From Minisyncoccota bacterium (GTDB lineage: Bacteria; Patescibacteriota; Minisyncoccia; Phycocordibacterales; JABAAK01): a stretch of 64,000 bases of DNA. Location of the stretch: assembly GCA_965222235.1 (NCBI GenBank), contig OZ244939.1, positions 248,585-312,584 on the forward strand, written 5' to 3'. A program made the translations under genes and the position numbers. The notes beneath the pieces are model-generated. The model was given only the letters and a program-made list of their open reading frames with translations, was not told the DNA's origin and searched no databases. Shown here in pieces: positions 9,016 to 19,132 of the stretch (position 1 is its first letter; the number at the start of each line of letters is the position of its first letter).

Positions 9016-10008
9016 ATGAATATATACACCATCATCTCGCTCATATTTCTCATTGCCATGGTCGCGGTGTTCGCGCCGAACCTTCGGCAGGAACGGCAGT
9101 CCGGGCTGAAGGACACCGCACAAACTGATGAGCATTCAGACAGGCAGGCATTCGCCCGCTACAGTCTCAAAACCGACACCACAAAACGGAACATTGATCT
9201 GGATCTCGTTCTCTCCGGAGGTCCGGGCAAAGACGGAATACCCGCTATTACCAATCCTACATTCATTCCCATCGCCGAGACGGACATTCAGGACGATGCC
9301 CGCGGTATTCTGGTGAACCTGCACGGCACCCGCCGCTTCTATCCGTACAATATTCTGGTCTGGCATGAAATCGTAAATGACCGCATCGGGGAGACCTCGT
9401 TCGCCGTCACATTCTGCCCGCTCTGCGACTCGGGCATCGTGTTCAACCGGCAGGTCGGCGGGAAGGTTCTGCAGTTCGGCGTCAGCGGACTGTTGTATGA
9501 ATCCAACCTGCTGATGTATGATTCGCTGACCGAATCACTCTGGTCGCAGACGCGGCGGGAGGCGGTTGCGGGTGCCTACACCGACACAACACTGAACATT
9601 CTGCCGTTACAGGTGCTTACCCTGCGTGAGGTTCGGGACAAGTATCCTGACACCGCCGTGATGAGCACCGACACAGGTCACCGGCGGGATTACGACCGGA
9701 TGCCGTATGACGGCTACGGAGGCATAGAGGAGACGCTGTTTCCGTTCTCCGGATCGGACAGCCGGTTTTTAGCAAAGGAGCCGCTCTATGTCATCCCGTT
9801 CAGAGGGCATTCAGTCGCTTTCCCGTTCAGAGACTTTTCGCCGGGCACACAAACCTTTACCGTTAAGGGGGAGGAGATTGTCATTTCCCGCGACGGCGAT
9901 GAAATCACTGCCATGAGCGGCGAAAAGACGCTCCCCGGCTATTTTGAATTTTGGTTCTCGTGGACAACACACCATCAGGATGACGGTATTGTGCTTGAAG
10001 TCACATAG
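9016..10008 (+). CDS. DUF3179-family protein with N-terminal membrane anchor
   Basis: SGLLYESNLLMYDSLTESLWSQ motif characteristic of DUF3179, with an N-terminal hydrophobic helix. Confidence 0.6.
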   Translation: MNIYTIISLIFLIAMVAVFAPNLRQERQSGLKDTAQTDEHSDRQAFARYSLKTDTTKRNIDLDLVLSGGPGKDGIPAITNPTFIPIAETDIQDDARGILVNLHGTRRFYPYNILVWHEIVNDRIGETSFAVTFCPLCDSGIVFNRQVGGKVLQFGVSGLLYESNLLMYDSLTESLWSQTRREAVAGAYTDTTLNILPLQVLTLREVRDKYPDTAVMSTDTGHRRDYDRMPYDGYGGIEETLFPFSGSDSRFLAKEPLYVIPFRGHSVAFPFRDFSPGTQTFTVKGEEIVISRDGDEITAMSGEKTLPGYFEFWFSWTTHHQDDGIVLEVT

Positions 10009-10208
10009 CGATGTTATTCACATGGACATTCCCCACCCGCTCCGCCTGTGCTACAGTACGGACATATGGAAATAGATGATGAGACAAAGAAACATATTCG
10101 GCATATATCGTTCTGGGTGCGGCTTTGGTCAATTATGAGTATTGTATGCCTCGTATCTGTTCCCTTTCTGGTAATATACCTCAACATCACCGCCAGTGTT
10201 TCATCCTC

Positions 10209-10754
10209 ATGAAAAACATTGTTGTTCTATATATACTCGGTGCCGTCATGGTGGCTGTGATAGGGTATGTATATATAACCGGCAATGAACACGATCCCGG
10301 TATCCGCACACTTCCTGTGTATCCCGCTGATATTTCCGCAGATGACCCCCGAGCGGCAGAACAGGCTGCACCGCCCGTTCTCAATGCTGAATCACCGGAT
10401 GCGGAGGCAATCCCACAGCTCCCGGCCGGTATGTATGTTGCATACAGCGGGGACGCCGTGCGGGAATATATATCGGCGAACCCAAGCGGGCGGGCGGTAC
10501 TCTTTTTCCATGCCGGATGGTGTCCCACCTGCCGATCCCTGCACAAAGCACTCACTGCCGCCGCGGATACTATACCCCCGGATATCGCCATATTCAAAGT
10601 AAACTATGACACGGAAAAGGAACTAAAACGTATATACCGGATAACCAGGCAGCACACCTTGGTTCTGCTGGACAGCAATCTGCAACCCGTGGACACCTGG
10701 TACGGTTCCCAAAATCTTGATGATGTAATCGCCCGTATTCACCGCGCACAGTAA
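10209..10754 (+). CDS. Membrane-anchored thioredoxin-like protein (CxxC motif WCPTC)
   Basis: FFHAGWCPTCRSLHKAL active-site motif and an N-terminal TM helix. Start at the internal ATG at 10209. Confidence 0.7.
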   Translation: MKNIVVLYILGAVMVAVIGYVYITGNEHDPGIRTLPVYPADISADDPRAAEQAAPPVLNAESPDAEAIPQLPAGMYVAYSGDAVREYISANPSGRAVLFFHAGWCPTCRSLHKALTAAADTIPPDIAIFKVNYDTEKELKRIYRITRQHTLVLLDSNLQPVDTWYGSQNLDDVIARIHRAQ

Positions 10755-10756
10755 CT

Positions 10757-11473
10757 ATGGAACCTTCTTTTCTCATCGCGGCATTTATTGCCGGCTTTCT
10801 TACCGCACTGGCGCCGTGCCAGCTGCCGTTTCTGCCGGTTATCATCGGCGGGTCCGTCGGCGGCGCGCGCCGAAATTCGTACATCATCATCGGATCCCTC
10901 CTTTCCTCAATCGTTATCTTCACCTTCATTATTGAAGGACTCGCCTCATTGTTCTATGTCCCGAACGAGGTGTGGGCATATATATCCGGTTCGCTGGTGC
11001 TGTTTGTCGGCATATCGTTTCTGTTTCCGTCGGTGTGGACGCGCATGCCGTTCATCTCCCGTTTCCTACACACATCCAATACCGCTATCGGCGCGCGCGC
11101 GGCGCGGCGCGGCCATGTCAACGACATGGTCATCGGCGCGGCACTGGGTCCCGCATTCTCGTCCTGTTCACCGACATACCTGCTCATCCTGCCGATACTG
11201 CTGTCATCAGCATTTCTCGAAGGGCTGCTGTACCTCTTCGCCTTTCTCGCCGGACTCGGCGCGGTGCTTCTTTTTGTCGCCCTGCTCGGACAGATGGCGG
11301 TCAGGCGGCTCAATATCATGGCGGACACAAGAGGCTGGTTCAAGCGCATTGTCGGCATTCTCATTGTTCTTGTCGGCATTTCCATACTGACGGGGTATAA
11401 CCGTGTTATTGAAGAACGCCTGCTGGATATTGAGTTTCTCAGCACCTCGCACGTTGAAACGCACATCAGATAA
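10757..11473 (+). CDS. ccdA: Cytochrome c biogenesis protein CcdA / DsbD-type thiol-disulfide transporter
   Basis: Polytopic, with LAPCQLPFLPV and a second Cys motif SCSPTYLL. Sits immediately downstream of the thioredoxin gene. Confidence 0.7.
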   Translation: MEPSFLIAAFIAGFLTALAPCQLPFLPVIIGGSVGGARRNSYIIIGSLLSSIVIFTFIIEGLASLFYVPNEVWAYISGSLVLFVGISFLFPSVWTRMPFISRFLHTSNTAIGARAARRGHVNDMVIGAALGPAFSSCSPTYLLILPILLSSAFLEGLLYLFAFLAGLGAVLLFVALLGQMAVRRLNIMADTRGWFKRIVGILIVLVGISILTGYNRVIEERLLDIEFLSTSHVETHIR

Positions 11474-12428
11474 CGGGATTCAGCGGACTGCCGCCCTGCA
11501 GCACGGCAATGACATTGTTCGCGGCCATTTCAGCCATGCGACTCCGGGTTGCCACGCTCGCCGATGCGGTATGCGGCGTCAGTACAACATTGGACAGCCG
11601 GCGGAGCCTGCGCGGCACCTCGGGCTCATGTTCAAAAACATCCAGACCGGCACCGAAGATGGTCCCGTTTTCAAGCGCCGAAGCGAGCGCCTCCTCGTCA
11701 ATCACGGCGCCCCGGGAGGTGTTCACCAATATCGCGCCCGGTTTCATGTATGTAAGCCGCGTTTCATTCAGGAAGTGATAGGTGATCTCCGTCAGCGGCA
11801 GATGCACTGATATGACATCCGATCGGCGCAGCACATCCTCGGGCGCATCGCACCGCTGCGCGCTGACCGACTGTTCAAGTGCGGGGTTCGCCTGAATGTC
11901 GTAATAGCAGACGGACATGTTGAATCCCTTCCCCGCCATTTCGGCGACCCTGCTGCCGATACGACCCGCGCCCAGTATGCCGAGGGTGCCGCCGCGCAGA
12001 TCAAGCCCAAGCAGCAGCTCCGGCTCCCAGCCGGTAAATCGTCCGCCGCGGACGAAAGTATCCGCTTCCACGACCCGGGTTGCGACCGCGCATATCAGCG
12101 CTATTGTATGTTCCGCAACCGTTTCGGTGAGCACACCCGGCGTGTTGGTCACTATCAGACCCCGATCCTGTGCTTCCTGCACCATAATATTGTTGTACCC
12201 AACGGCATAATTGGCGATGACGCGCATATCGGAGCCGACCGCATCAAGCACTTCCATATCAACGGCGTCAGTGAGCAGTGTAATCATTCCGTCATACGGC
12301 CGTTTCCTGAGCGCGCGGACAACATGTTTCTTCTTCGTGCCGTCGGGCAGTATGTCAAATGTAATGCCTGCCCCGCGCAGCAGCTGCAGACCGGCATCGG
12401 GAATATGACGGGTAATGAGAACATGCAT
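11466..12428 (-). CDS. D-isomer-specific 2-hydroxyacid dehydrogenase (GyaR/SerA-like)
   Basis: NAD-binding GILGAGRIGSRVA motif and family catalytic residues (R, E, H region LPLTEITYHFLN). Confidence 0.75.
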   Translation of the reverse strand: MHVLITRHIPDAGLQLLRGAGITFDILPDGTKKKHVVRALRKRPYDGMITLLTDAVDMEVLDAVGSDMRVIANYAVGYNNIMVQEAQDRGLIVTNTPGVLTETVAEHTIALICAVATRVVEADTFVRGGRFTGWEPELLLGLDLRGGTLGILGAGRIGSRVAEMAGKGFNMSVCYYDIQANPALEQSVSAQRCDAPEDVLRRSDVISVHLPLTEITYHFLNETRLTYMKPGAILVNTSRGAVIDEEALASALENGTIFGAGLDVFEHEPEVPRRLRRLSNVVLTPHTASASVATRSRMAEMAANNVIAVLQGGSPLNPVI

Positions 12429-12497
12429 ACATACTCAGTATATATCACCCATACACATATACGCGCGACTGTACACACGCATGGTATATATACATAT

Positions 12498-13493
12498 ATG
12501 AACGGCACCTTCTTTTCCCTCGGCGATGTCACCACCGACGCGTTTATCACGCTGCAGGATGCGAAAGTGGACTGCACCGTTGACCCCGAACAGTGCACCA
12601 TTTCCATGCGCTGGGGGGATAAGATTCCGTACAGGAGCGTCACCGTTGTGCCGGCGGTCGGCAACAGCGCGAACGCCGCCGTAGCGGCGGCGCGCCTCGG
12701 CATACCGGCCAGCTTTGTATCTTTTGTCGGCGCCGACCGCAACGGTGAGGAATGTGTCGCGGCACTCAAAGATGAAGGAGTGGATACCGCATATATTACC
12801 GCGGAGCCGGGAAAAAGCACCAACTATCACTTCGTACTTTCATATGAAGCGGAGCGGACGATACTGGTGCGGCACGAACACTTCTCATACAAACTCCCTG
12901 AACTCCCGGACACCGTATCCTGGCTCTACTTCTCTTCGGTCGGCGAGGCGGCGGAAACATTGCATGACAATCTGGCGGCGTGGCTTGCCGTCCGTCCGAA
13001 GGTGAAAATGGTGTTTCAGCCGGGAACCTTTCAGATTCGGCTGGGGTATGAACGGCTACAGGATATCTACGAGAAAACGCATCTCTTTGTGTGCAACAAG
13101 CAGGAAGCGCAGCGCATCCTGAAAACCAAAGAATCGGACTGCCGGACGCTGGCATGCAGCATGCGGGCGAAAGGTCCCAAGATTGTATCCGTAACGGACG
13201 GACCGAACGGTGCCTACGCATATGACGGCGAAGCGGTGCTGTTCGTACCGCAGTATCCGGACATATCTCCGCCGAAAGAACGGACGGGTGCGGGTGACGC
13301 ATACACCGCGACACTTGCCGTGTTTCTCGCCAAAGGATACCCGCTCAAAGAAGCACTGCTGCGGGCTCCGATTAACTCAATGTCAGTTGTGCAGCATATC
13401 GGCGCACAGAAAGGGCTGCTCACAGAGCAGGACATACAGCGGTATCTGGACCGGGCGCCGGAGACATACGCAGTTTCAATACTCCCCCGTTAG
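12498..13493 (+). CDS. PfkB-family carbohydrate kinase (ribokinase/fructokinase-like)
   Basis: C-terminal PfkB signature TGAGDAYTATLAV. Start at ATG 12498, inside the longer track ORF. Confidence 0.7.
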   Translation: MNGTFFSLGDVTTDAFITLQDAKVDCTVDPEQCTISMRWGDKIPYRSVTVVPAVGNSANAAVAAARLGIPASFVSFVGADRNGEECVAALKDEGVDTAYITAEPGKSTNYHFVLSYEAERTILVRHEHFSYKLPELPDTVSWLYFSSVGEAAETLHDNLAAWLAVRPKVKMVFQPGTFQIRLGYERLQDIYEKTHLFVCNKQEAQRILKTKESDCRTLACSMRAKGPKIVSVTDGPNGAYAYDGEAVLFVPQYPDISPPKERTGAGDAYTATLAVFLAKGYPLKEALLRAPINSMSVVQHIGAQKGLLTEQDIQRYLDRAPETYAVSILPR

Positions 13494-14146
13494 CGACGGC
13501 GCGTAACATATGCCATGCCGCGGTGTGCAAGGCGCTCAATATATGGGCTGGCGATGATTGAAAGAAGCAGAAAGAGAATGAACGCGGTGAGAAACATGCC
13601 GATGGTTCTGCCCTCACTCTCCGTGAGAAGCTGCCTGCCGATAAGCACGCCGGGAATGAATATGCACCCTCCCCACAATATGGTGACAATCATATCCCGA
13701 ATGATGAACTGCAGGACGGTCATCCGATAGCGGAGCGCAAAGAAAAAGATGGTGATTTTTGTAAACGGCAGCACCTTCAGGACAAACAGAAGGAGCAGCG
13801 GGAATGATTGGTATTCCAATTCATACTCCTTAATCCGGTTGCAGAAGCCGACGAGGAATGGCGGCACGGACAGACATTCTATCTGTTTCCGAAACAGACC
13901 GTACCGGCGGATACACTTAACGCCGAGAAATACCGCGGTATCATAGAATACAACGCTCAGAAACATCAACAGAACGGCAAACAATGATGTATCGCCCGAT
14001 CCGAACAGCACACTTATGAAATATATACCCACTTCACCGGTGAGAATCGGGGTGAGCACCGCAATGAGATACTGATGCTCCTCCACAAATATGATGAACT
14101 CATTAAATGCTTCCGGTGAGGATATTATACCGAGAAGATCAATCAT
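13490..14146 (-). CDS. DedA/VTT-like integral membrane protein (tentative)
   Basis: 218 aa, multiple TM helices. The family assignment is a by-eye impression only. Confidence 0.35.
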   Translation of the reverse strand: MIDLLGIISSPEAFNEFIIFVEEHQYLIAVLTPILTGEVGIYFISVLFGSGDTSLFAVLLMFLSVVFYDTAVFLGVKCIRRYGLFRKQIECLSVPPFLVGFCNRIKEYELEYQSFPLLLLFVLKVLPFTKITIFFFALRYRMTVLQFIIRDMIVTILWGGCIFIPGVLIGRQLLTESEGRTIGMFLTAFILFLLLSIIASPYIERLAHRGMAYVTRRR

Positions 14147-15126
14147 ACTCGTTCGGCGGCGGTGCGGATAACAGCAATAATATGATCCTTGGTCAGGCTG
14201 TAATGCGTAAGCAGCTCCTCGGGCGTGCCGGACTGACCGAACACATCATCAATGCCGATACGGTATACCGGCATCGGACATTCTTCGGACAGACGCTCGG
14301 CGACTGCCGAGCCAAGACCGCCGATTCGCTGATGCTCCTCAACGGTCACCACCGCGCCGCTCTCGCGGGCGAGAGAACAGACTGCGCCGTCAAGCGGCTT
14401 GACGGTCGGCACATTCACAACGATGCAGCCGATATCCCTCTCAAGATCCATCGCCGCCTGTACGGCGGTATGGAGTATCGCTCCGCAGGCAAATACGGTC
14501 ACGCGGGGGCGGCTGCTCCTGAATACACAATACGCCCTGCCGATTTCAAACGGCGAAATGTCGGTGGTCATCACCGCCGTCGGCTCCCGCTGCAGGCGGA
14601 TGTAGACCGGTCCGTCATACGCCGCGGCGGCAATGGTCGCCTTGCGCGCCTCTTCCGCATCACAGGGAACGAGCACCGTCATCCGAGGAATGACCCGGGT
14701 GATGGCTATATCTTCCAGCGCCTGATGCGTGCCGCCGTCGGGACCGACGGAGACGCCGGCATGCGATCCGACTATTTTTGCATTTGCGTTGTTGTAGCAA
14801 ATAGTGGTGCGAATCTGCTCCCAGTTTCGTCCGGGGGAAAACACTGCATATGAGGTGAAGAACGGTACCTTTCCCATCGCCGCCATACCGGATGCGACGG
14901 ATGCCATGGACTGTTCACCGATACCCATCTCAAAAAACCGACCCGGGAAACGCTCTTTGAAATAGTGGGTCTTGGTTGATTCCGTCAGATCGGCGCACAG
15001 CGCGACGACGCGGATATCCTTCTCCCCCGCCTGAACCAGGCCCCGTCCATATCCCTCGCGAATCGGAACATATTCCTCCTGTTCGCTGAACGCCTTGCCG
15101 TGAATGTGTATATTCTTCTCCAACAT
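14143..15126 (-). CDS. Transketolase, C-terminal subunit (split tkt)
   Basis: Pyrimidine-binding and C-terminal transketolase domains. Directly follows the N-terminal subunit gene with a 1-nt gap. Confidence 0.85.
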   Translation of the reverse strand: MLEKNIHIHGKAFSEQEEYVPIREGYGRGLVQAGEKDIRVVALCADLTESTKTHYFKERFPGRFFEMGIGEQSMASVASGMAAMGKVPFFTSYAVFSPGRNWEQIRTTICYNNANAKIVGSHAGVSVGPDGGTHQALEDIAITRVIPRMTVLVPCDAEEARKATIAAAAYDGPVYIRLQREPTAVMTTDISPFEIGRAYCVFRSSRPRVTVFACGAILHTAVQAAMDLERDIGCIVVNVPTVKPLDGAVCSLARESGAVVTVEEHQRIGGLGSAVAERLSEECPMPVYRIGIDDVFGQSGTPEELLTHYSLTKDHIIAVIRTAAERV

Positions 15127-15127
15127 A

Positions 15128-16018
15128 TTATTCGCATTCTGACACAATAGTTCCCTTCAGTGTGCGCAACTGTTTGAGCGCGCATTCGCCCTGCCGGTCT
15201 TTCGTCAGCACATCCTCCGGCCCCTTACCCGGAGGAACGCCGTGCCAGCGGTAGTCCCGCTCAAACTGCGGTACACCCTTTCCGGGAATTGTGTGGGCAA
15301 TGATGACGACGGGCTGAAACGCCGACTGTGCCTCACCGAACGCGGTATAGAGATCCTGAATACTGTGCCCGTCAACATCAACAACATGCCAGTTGAATGA
15401 TTCAAATTTTTCCCTGAGCGGCTCAAGCGGCATGATGTCGCGGGTGAACCCGTCTATCTGAATCCCGTTCCGGTCCACAACGGCAATAAGATTGTGGGGC
15501 TGCTCCCTGCCGGCGAGCATGACTGCCTCCCAGGTCTGTCCGCAGTTCAGCTCTCCGTCACTCATAAGACAGTAGAAAAAGATATGTGACTGCGGCCGTT
15601 CAATCCGGTCCGCGAGCGCCATACCGACCGCCTGCGAGAGTCCGGAGCCGAGCGGTCCCGAACTCGTCTCTATGCTCGGAAGAAACTCACGATGCGGATG
15701 TCCCTGTAACTTGGTGCCGAATTTTCTGAGTGTTTTCAGCTCTTTTACCGGAAAGTAGCCGGCGTGTGCCATTGTTGAGTAGAGCACCGGACAAATGTGG
15801 CCGTTTGAAAGTATCAGCCGGTCGCGGCTGTCCATGTGCGGATTCTTCGGATCGTACCGCATGACGGCGAAAAAGAGTGTCGCGAACACATCGGCCATGC
15901 CGAGCGGACCGGCGGTGTGCCCCGAACCCGCTTCTATGAGCGATTCAATGAGCGACACACGAATCTGATTTGCCTTTTTTTCAATAACGGCAACCTCTCT
16001 GTCCTGTAAATGCTCCAT
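15128..16018 (-). CDS. Transketolase, N-terminal TPP-binding subunit (split tkt)
   Basis: SGHTAGPLGMADV...GHP...DGELNCGQ TPP-binding motifs. Confidence 0.85.
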   Translation of the reverse strand: MEHLQDREVAVIEKKANQIRVSLIESLIEAGSGHTAGPLGMADVFATLFFAVMRYDPKNPHMDSRDRLILSNGHICPVLYSTMAHAGYFPVKELKTLRKFGTKLQGHPHREFLPSIETSSGPLGSGLSQAVGMALADRIERPQSHIFFYCLMSDGELNCGQTWEAVMLAGREQPHNLIAVVDRNGIQIDGFTRDIMPLEPLREKFESFNWHVVDVDGHSIQDLYTAFGEAQSAFQPVVIIAHTIPGKGVPQFERDYRWHGVPPGKGPEDVLTKDRQGECALKQLRTLKGTIVSECE

Positions 16019-16112
16019 TTTATATCAGCATAGCACACCGCCGAACGGACGACCGTCTGTTATCTACAAAATAGGGGCGAATGAAAGGAACCGCGGTATA
16101 CTGCATATATCC

Positions 16113-16898
16113 ATGGAATCAATAGCCGTTTCTATCACCTACACCAGAACATTCCACTTTATCTCCGTCATCTTTGATGTGGCCAGCATCACTTATTTCC
16201 TCATATCCTTCTTTATGCTTGAAAGCCCGCTCGTGCCGCTGGAGATATTTCTCGGAACGTATTTCCTGCTGGAATACATTCTGCTATTTCTCGCAAGCGA
16301 GAATCGAACGGAATATATGAAACATCCGCTCGCCATCTCAAACACTCTTATCATATTCGGCTATCTCGCGGCACCGTTCTGGAATCTCGGATTCCTGCGC
16401 GTTCTGAGGTCGTTCCGTATCATCCACCTGTATCAGATCATACCGGACATACGCATGATGACCGACCGTATTATCATCTGGGAGAAAGTTCTGGCGGTGT
16501 TCTTCCATGTCTGCGTGCTTGTGTTCATCATCTCTGAGGTCATCTACCTGCTGCAGGTGGACATCAACAATGATATTAATTCACGGTTTGACGCCTTCTA
16601 CTTCACCACCAACGCCATCACTAAGGTCGGCAGCGGCGAAACCATCGAACTGGTCGGCCTGCAGGGGCAGATATTCACCCTGTTCATCGCCTTCCTCAGC
16701 CTGTCGGTCTTTGTACAGCTGCTGGATACGGCGCGGGAGGTTCAGCAGGTGCGGCTGAGGAACAAGAAGGAGAAAATGAAAAAGGAAGCGGGCAGAAAAA
16801 CAAACGAAATATATTCCGAACAGATATGCACATTTTGTGATATTAAAAACCGGGAGAAAATTGCGAAAGACAAAAAGAAACAGCAGCGATATATATAA
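16113..16898 (+). CDS. Ion-channel protein with S4-like voltage-sensor segment and pore loop (non-canonical filter TKVGSGE)
   Basis: FLRVLRSFRIIHLYQII (Arg every third residue). Pore region FYFTTNAITKVGSGETIELVG aligns to the K-channel TTVGYGD but with T->K and Y->S. Confidence 0.6.
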   Translation: MESIAVSITYTRTFHFISVIFDVASITYFLISFFMLESPLVPLEIFLGTYFLLEYILLFLASENRTEYMKHPLAISNTLIIFGYLAAPFWNLGFLRVLRSFRIIHLYQIIPDIRMMTDRIIIWEKVLAVFFHVCVLVFIISEVIYLLQVDINNDINSRFDAFYFTTNAITKVGSGETIELVGLQGQIFTLFIAFLSLSVFVQLLDTAREVQQVRLRNKKEKMKKEAGRKTNEIYSEQICTFCDIKNREKIAKDKKKQQRYI

Positions 16899-16968
16899 AA
16901 GCCCGAACGATGGCCATTCGGACTGTTTTACGATATAGAAGGGTATTCGCTCAAAACAAACGGAATAA

Positions 16969-17625
16969 TTACAACATGCGCGTCAGGTGAGTGAAATTTT
17001 CCTTCACATCTCCCCGGAAAAGCGCCGAGCCGACGGCAAATTGCGACACGCCGGCTTCAGCAAGCATCGGTAGTGTGTGTGCTGATATGCCGCCATCAAC
17101 GGTGACCGGTACGGCCGGCCGCAGCAGCCGCGCCGCCTCTATAAGCCCGACCGCCTGTTCATCAAACGGTGCGCCCTGCGCGCCGATGTGCCGGATACCC
17201 ATACACTGCACGCCGTCAATCTGGTTGATATATTTTTCAAGATCAGCAAGATTGTCGCCGATGACAATGCCGACGTATATTTCCCTGCCCGCGTCCCGCA
17301 CCTGCTGAATACACTGTTCCATATGCCGGGTGGAGCTGAGATGGATAATGCAGCGCGACACATTTGTTTTAAGGAAGTGTCGCAGCAACCGCTCCGGCGT
17401 GCTGATCATCAGATCTAACTCATACGCAATATGCAAATTATCCAGCCGTCCGATTTCATTCCGCATATCATGTTCCGTAAAGAACGGCCAGGTCGTGTTC
17501 GGCGCATGTATGCCGTCAACAATATCTATCTGCACATATGAGGCGATGTCCGACACGCAGGCAACCGCCTCGGCTATGCCGCCGAATGTCTGCTGCAATA
17601 TCGCGGGAATGATGCGGGGCTGCAT
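16969..17625 (-). CDS. rpe: Ribulose-phosphate 3-epimerase
   Basis: Typical Rpe length and motifs (DIVDGIHAPN...VDGGIS). Confidence 0.8.
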   Translation of the reverse strand: MQPRIIPAILQQTFGGIAEAVACVSDIASYVQIDIVDGIHAPNTTWPFFTEHDMRNEIGRLDNLHIAYELDLMISTPERLLRHFLKTNVSRCIIHLSSTRHMEQCIQQVRDAGREIYVGIVIGDNLADLEKYINQIDGVQCMGIRHIGAQGAPFDEQAVGLIEAARLLRPAVPVTVDGGISAHTLPMLAEAGVSQFAVGSALFRGDVKENFTHLTRML

Positions 17626-17639
17626 ATAGTATCACTGTA

Positions 17640-18080
17640 TCATCTGTCTATCTGTCCAATCCGCCGTATATGACGGTCCTCGGCGGAAAACGGTGTTGAG
17701 AGAAACAGTTCAACCGCTTCCCGCATCTGCGCGTCAGTAAGCAGTCGCGCGCCGATTGAAAGTACATTCGCGTCATTATGCCGCCGTCCGAGAGTGACTA
17801 TCTCCGGATCATGCGCCGGATATACAATTGCCCTGACACCGGGATGACGGTTCGCGACGATGGACTCCCCCTGCCCTGATCCGCCGAACATGATGCCGAC
17901 GGTATCGGAAAATTGCGCCACCCGTTTCGCAAGATCATGCATGTACGCCGGATAGTCATCAACGGGATTCATGGTGTGTGCGCCCACATCCTCAACGGTG
18001 TGCCCCTGCTCCGTGAGCAGGACCTTTATATCCTCCTTCATGGAAAAACCTGCATGATCTGCTGCAAGCACTATCTTCAT
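17640..18080 (-). CDS. rpiB: Ribose-5-phosphate isomerase B
   Basis: MKIVLAADHAGF...GIMFGGSGQGESIVANR. Confidence 0.85.
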   Translation of the reverse strand: MKIVLAADHAGFSMKEDIKVLLTEQGHTVEDVGAHTMNPVDDYPAYMHDLAKRVAQFSDTVGIMFGGSGQGESIVANRHPGVRAIVYPAHDPEIVTLGRRHNDANVLSIGARLLTDAQMREAVELFLSTPFSAEDRHIRRIGQIDR

Positions 18081-19078
18081 ATGCTGTTCCTGGTATGTTC
18101 AATAAGCGACCGGGTATATCCCATTTCATTGTCGTACCACAGGAGTATTTTTATCAACGTCCCGTTTACCACCTTCGTCATACCGAGATCGGCGACTGAA
18201 ACGAACGGCTGACCGATAATATCCGATGAGACAACGGGGGCATCGGTCACGGCAAAGAGCGGGTCGGCAATATTCTTCAGCACTGTATTCACCTCATGCA
18301 CGGATGCGGCTTTCCCGGCAACGCAGGTCAGATCAATAAGCGAGCCGGCAACAATCGGCACTCTGAGTGCGATGCCGTCAAAACTGTTCTCAAGTGATGA
18401 AAGCACCTTGGTGGTGGCGACTGCAGCGCCGGTGGTGGTGGGAATGATATTCATCGCGGCAGCTCTGCCGTAGCGAAGGTTGTTCTTCTTTTTAGTCGGT
18501 CCGTCCACGGTCTGCTGCGATTTAGTGTAGCCGTGCACGGTGGTGAGAATAGCGCTTTCTATGCCGAATGCCTGATCAAGTGCGTCAAGAGGGATGCCCA
18601 CGGCATTGGTTGTACACGATGCGTTGGAGGTAACCGCACATGTTTTTGCCGTATCCGTGTTCAGTCCGACGAGCACGGTCGCTGCCTGCACATTCGCGGG
18701 CGGACTGCCTTTCGCGGGCGCGGTGATGATGGTGTGTCCGGCACCCGCAATATTATGTGCATATGCCTTTTCATAGCTGGTGAACACTCCGGTCGCCTCT
18801 ATGACAACATCAATATTCATGGCGCGCCACGGCAACTCGGTCGGATTCTTCGTCGAGAGCATGGAAATGGTTTTCTTCCCGATCCTGAGCGTATCGCCGT
18901 CCGCGACAACCTCTTCTCCGAATCTTCCGTACACCGTGTCGTACTGCAGCAGATATGCCGCTGTTTCACAGTCCATCAGATCATTGACCGCCACGACTGA
19001 TATATCTTTGCACGCGTGGGCAAGTCGAACATACGCCCGCCCTATTCTCCCGAATCCGTTAATTGCAACCCGCTTCAT
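18077..19078 (-). CDS. gap: Glyceraldehyde-3-phosphate dehydrogenase
   Basis: INGFGRIGR NAD motif and SNASCTTN active-site signature. Confidence 0.9.
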   Translation of the reverse strand: MKRVAINGFGRIGRAYVRLAHACKDISVVAVNDLMDCETAAYLLQYDTVYGRFGEEVVADGDTLRIGKKTISMLSTKNPTELPWRAMNIDVVIEATGVFTSYEKAYAHNIAGAGHTIITAPAKGSPPANVQAATVLVGLNTDTAKTCAVTSNASCTTNAVGIPLDALDQAFGIESAILTTVHGYTKSQQTVDGPTKKKNNLRYGRAAAMNIIPTTTGAAVATTKVLSSLENSFDGIALRVPIVAGSLIDLTCVAGKAASVHEVNTVLKNIADPLFAVTDAPVVSSDIIGQPFVSVADLGMTKVVNGTLIKILLWYDNEMGYTRSLIEHTRNSI

Positions 19079-19132
19079 ACCTATTGAACAGTGTAGCAGA
19101 TGTTTTGAATATGTATATACAGAAATATCCGG

